A stretch of 32,000 bases of DNA from contig NZ_JBNTJU010000006.1 of NCBI RefSeq assembly GCF_051195015.1, positions 98,720 through 130,719 on the forward strand, written 5' to 3'. Shown here piece after piece: positions 29,273 through 32,000 of the stretch. The DNA is from Halococcus sp. AFM35. Lineage in GTDB: Archaea > Halobacteriota > Halobacteria > Halobacteriales > Halococcaceae. Position 1 is the first letter of the stretch; each line of letters starts with the position of its first letter. The position numbers were made by a program, and so were the translations under genes. The notes under the pieces were generated by a model. The model was not told the DNA's origin, searched no databases, and saw only the letters and a program-made list of their open reading frames with translations.

Positions 29273-29780
29273 GCGAATCGCTCGGCGCATCCACACGGCT
29301 CCCGGCATTCACTTCAACGAACTCGTACGGGTGCTCGACCTCGCACCCGGACAGGTCCAATACCATCTGAAGCAGCTGTGTTCGTCGGGAGCGGTAACCG
29401 ACGAGCAGCGATACGGTCGGACCCACTACTACCCGCCCGAGTGCAACGAGTGGCGACGCGGCGCGCTCTCGCTGTTGCGCCGCGAGACCGCTGGCGATAT
29501 CGTCGCACTGCTCTGTGACCGCGGACCAACACGGCCACAGACGATAGCCGATGACCTCGATATCGCTCGCAGCACGCTCGAATGGCATGCTGACCATCTC
29601 ACCGAACAGGACGTCGTCCGCAAAGAGCGCGACGAGCGCAATCACGTCACGCTCGCGCTCGTTCGGCCCGCCGAGACGGCGCGGTTGCTGCGAGAGGTCA
29701 CCCCGTCGTCGCCGGCGCTGATGGTTGATCGCTTCATCCGCTTGACCGACCGATTGTTAGAGGATGCGACTGACGGGTAG
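29256..29780 (+). CDS. Double winged-HTH transcriptional regulator
   Basis: Two wHTH segments: TAPGIHFNELVRVLDLAPGQVQYHLKQLCSSGAVTDEQRYGRTHYYP and ALLCDRGPTRPQTIADDLDIARSTLEWHADHL. Confidence 0.85.
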   Translation: MNKTRKRIARRIHTAPGIHFNELVRVLDLAPGQVQYHLKQLCSSGAVTDEQRYGRTHYYPPECNEWRRGALSLLRRETAGDIVALLCDRGPTRPQTIADDLDIARSTLEWHADHLTEQDVVRKERDERNHVTLALVRPAETARLLREVTPSSPALMVDRFIRLTDRLLEDATDG

Positions 29781-29839
29781 CCGGTCATCTACTATCGGGC
29801 CTTCGAAGAACGAGAAATGGCCGAAGAACGTTGTCTGAG

Positions 29840-30907
29840 TTAGTGATCCGCTATAAACTGTTGAGCAATTGGGAGAAATTGGTCCATCGAGCGAGCAGAA
29901 TTGAATGCATCGGGTGCGGGTCGCTGAAGATGTAGCAGCTGGAAATAGGTCTGGTGATTGGCTTCCACGCTGTGGATGCTGAGTGCGGCCTCCAAGACCT
30001 CCGTATCGTCGATCATGGGCGCAACGCCGGCGTAGGCTGACACACCCACAGCCTCGATGCGGTCGCTGAGCGCAACAAATTCCTCGATGCCATCATACGG
30101 GAATTCATACTTGGCCGGTTCGACGGGGTTGCCGCCGAGTTTCTCGATGGTATTGGTGAGTTTCTCGACGTGGGCTTCCTCGTGGTCGCGTACATCCTGA
30201 ATCTGCTGGTAGGTCGAATACTGGAGCGTCGGCCGCGCGAAGTAGTTCGCGACCTCCGAACGCTCGACTTCGCTTTCGGAGTAGCTGTCGAGGAAATCGT
30301 TGTAATACGCCGCTTCTAAGTGTTCGAGCGTGAGTGCGTAGTTCAGGATATCGATATCGCTGACCTCCATATCGTCCGGGAGATGAATGGTATCCGTCCC
30401 ATGGAACCCGTGATGGTGCGTTTCCGGTCGCTCCCAGTAGAGCGTTCCTCTGGATTCGTCGCCGGTGAACCCTGTTCCATCGAGCGGGAATTGAAGAACG
30501 AGGTCGTCCTTGCCGTCGCCGTTAACATCTCTGACCTCGCCGTCATCAATCGGACGGGCACCGCCGCCCTGTCCAAGGAGTTCCTGCGTCCCGAAGCGGT
30601 ATCGCACCGGACGTTCGGTTGGGTCGAACGTTATCTCCGTTCCGGGTTTTTTGAGAATTCCCTCCTCATCCACGAAGGTGCTCTGGAGTATGGCTACCGA
30701 AACCCGGTCGTCCGTCTCGGGATCAATCTCGTTCTCGTTGCTTCCCGGTGCAATATTGATACGGAGTGCGTCAGGAAAGTGTGCGGACGCAATCGTGCTC
30801 ACTGCTGGAATCGCGGCAGCAGTCGCCGCCGCACCAATGGCAGTCTTGAGGAACGTTCGCCGTTCAGTACTCCCGACCAGTGCGCGTGAGATCTCTGTTG
30901 GTTTCAT
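29840..30907 (-). CDS. Tat-exported ferritin-like domain protein
   Basis: Tat motif ERRTFLKTAIGAAATAAAIP (start ATG 30907). Ferritin-like helices with LEHLEAAYYNDFL, RDHEEAHVEKL, DRIEAVGVSAYAGVAPMI and SIHSVEANHQTYFQLL. Confidence 0.85.
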   Translation of the reverse strand: MKPTEISRALVGSTERRTFLKTAIGAAATAAAIPAVSTIASAHFPDALRINIAPGSNENEIDPETDDRVSVAILQSTFVDEEGILKKPGTEITFDPTERPVRYRFGTQELLGQGGGARPIDDGEVRDVNGDGKDDLVLQFPLDGTGFTGDESRGTLYWERPETHHHGFHGTDTIHLPDDMEVSDIDILNYALTLEHLEAAYYNDFLDSYSESEVERSEVANYFARPTLQYSTYQQIQDVRDHEEAHVEKLTNTIEKLGGNPVEPAKYEFPYDGIEEFVALSDRIEAVGVSAYAGVAPMIDDTEVLEAALSIHSVEANHQTYFQLLHLQRPAPDAFNSARSMDQFLPIAQQFIADH

Positions 30908-31028
30908 CGTCTTTGTTTGATACCCCTTCCGGGTCAGGGCACCCAAATCAAGAGTTCATCCGGCACTGGATAGTAGCTTCTGGTGCATATCTCGAAATCA
31001 ATTTTCAAAAAATAGTATTGTACCAACG

Positions 31029-31559
31029 CTACTTGTCAGTTTGATATGGACTGTAGCTAGCACACCACGCTGTCGGCTGGATATAGCCTTCGACGACACT
31101 ACATGCGCCAAGTCCGTCACCATTCTTATCGGGGATATAAAACATACAGCCCGAACACTGTCGGCCGTTCTTCGGTTGCGTTTGGTACTGGACAGCGCTT
31201 TTCGATTGGAGAGCATCCGAACTCCGTTTCGACCCACCTTGACTCGTCGCTGTCTAATAGACATCTGGAACGGAACCGCTCAACGCGGGCGTGCCGCTGT
31301 TGGTAGCTTTCGTATCGGTACCTTCAGTTGCCGTATCGTCACGATCAGTTCCAGCGGCCGCTCCGGGTGTGGTTTCAGGCTCACCTGTCGTGGCGCGGCC
31401 GCCACTATCGGAATCTGTTCCGCTCTCGATAGCTTTAGTAGTTGCTGCACCTTGCTCCTCTGCCCCGTTGTTGCTGGCACACCCGGCGAGACCAACAATC
31501 GCCGCACTACCGGCCAGTTGGAGGACAGTGCGTCGTGATTTCCGAGTGCTCCGATTCAT
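31029..31559 (-). pseudogene. High-potential iron-sulfur protein (HiPIP)-type Tat lipoprotein interrupted by one in-frame TAG
   Basis: MNRSTRKSRRTVLQLAGSAAIVGLAGC...SGSVPDVY-[TAG 31254-31256]-TATSQGGSKRSSDALQSKSAVQYQTQPKNGRQCSGCMFYIPDKNGDGLGACSVVEGYIQPTAWCASYSPYQTDK*. 177 codons including both stops, no frameshift. Confidence 0.85.
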
Positions 31560-31635
31560 CCGTTGGCTCCTTACTCTCGTTCGAAAGATGGTCGTTGTGG
31601 TCCAATAGTCGAAACCCGTCTGTCGGTCACTAGTT

Positions 31636-32000
31636 CTAACCCATGCTACCGGATCCACCAAGCGGTTGATAGTAGGGGATATCGGGCAGTGGAAGCATGA
31701 TACCGAAACGCATGAAACCCATCGCCAGCAGTACGTAGCCGAGACCGATGAACAGTACGCCGAGACCGTAGTGGACGACCTGTCGCTGGCGCGCGCTCAC
31801 CGACTGGATGACCGTACCATATAGGAAGACGCTCGGAATGGTACCGAGACCGAGCGCGCCGAGCGCGAGAAATCCATGAAGGGGCGATCCCTGTGCGAAC
31901 GCGTAGAGGAAGGCAGGATAGAGCAGCATGCAGGGGAGGAGACCGTGCAGCGCCCCCAGACCCATGATACCGACGCCGTTGACCCAGCGGTCGATGCGCG
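31636..32000 (-). CDS. TauE/SafE (UreH-like) transmembrane protein, 5' end beyond the window
   Basis: ...GLGALHGLLPCMLLYPAFLYAFAQGSPLHGFLALGALGLGTIPSVFLYG... The frame stays open to the window edge. Confidence 0.78.
   Translation of the reverse strand, partial: RIDRWVNGVGIMGLGALHGLLPCMLLYPAFLYAFAQGSPLHGFLALGALGLGTIPSVFLYGTVIQSVSARQRQVVHYGLGVLFIGLGYVLLAMGFMRFGIMLPLPDIPYYQPLGGSGSMG

Noticed and set aside
30998-31264. 88 aa minus-strand ORF (MSIRQRRVKVGRNGVRMLSNRKALSSTK...)
   Set aside because: Different frame over the 3' half of the HiPIP-type gene. The frame continuous with the upstream half gives the Cys ligands instead.
23885-32000. Search for a defence island, toxin-antitoxin pair or phage module in the more accessory right part
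   Set aside because: No nuclease, methylase, integrase, transposase, RelE/VapC-like or capsid motifs were seen in any credible ORF.

Overview
This is a GC-rich haloarchaeal chromosomal window. The signs are acidic proteins, Tat (RRxFLK) signals, a G1P dehydrogenase, an AglD-like glycosyltransferase and a fused FolC-FolP. Most of it is housekeeping: alcohol dehydrogenase, acyl-CoA synthetase, egsA, NRDE protein, epimerase, NAC and TrmI-type methyltransferase, anchored 2Fe-2S ferredoxin, tRNA-Arg(CCG), TetR regulator, folCP, NUDIX-like and CAP-domain proteins, Rad3/XPD-type helicase, aglD-like gene, radical SAM and Hsp20. The right-hand 8 kb is more accessory: tandem paralogous beta-propeller proteins, a membrane/HTH operon, a Tat-exported ferritin-like protein, a HiPIP-type lipoprotein gene and a TauE/SafE-type membrane protein. 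I found no transposase, CRISPR array or recognisable defence system. The strongest unusual observations are: (1) a HiPIP-type gene whose frame is cut by one in-frame TAG yet stays intact and motif-bearing on both sides (31029-31559); (2) two related roughly 0.4 kb non-coding elements in inverted orientation, each starting just after a stop codon, sharing a T-tract, the core AAAAATCTGGACCAAAAACT and TTC/TTT-loop hairpins; (3) an exact 22-nt duplicate of the tRNA-Arg 3' end 121 bp downstream, resembling an integration scar; (4) an ORF that fuses a Cys-containing N-terminal domain to a DUF5791-like domain; (5) a NUDIX-like protein with a degenerate Nudix box. All family assignments come from reading the translations, with no database search.
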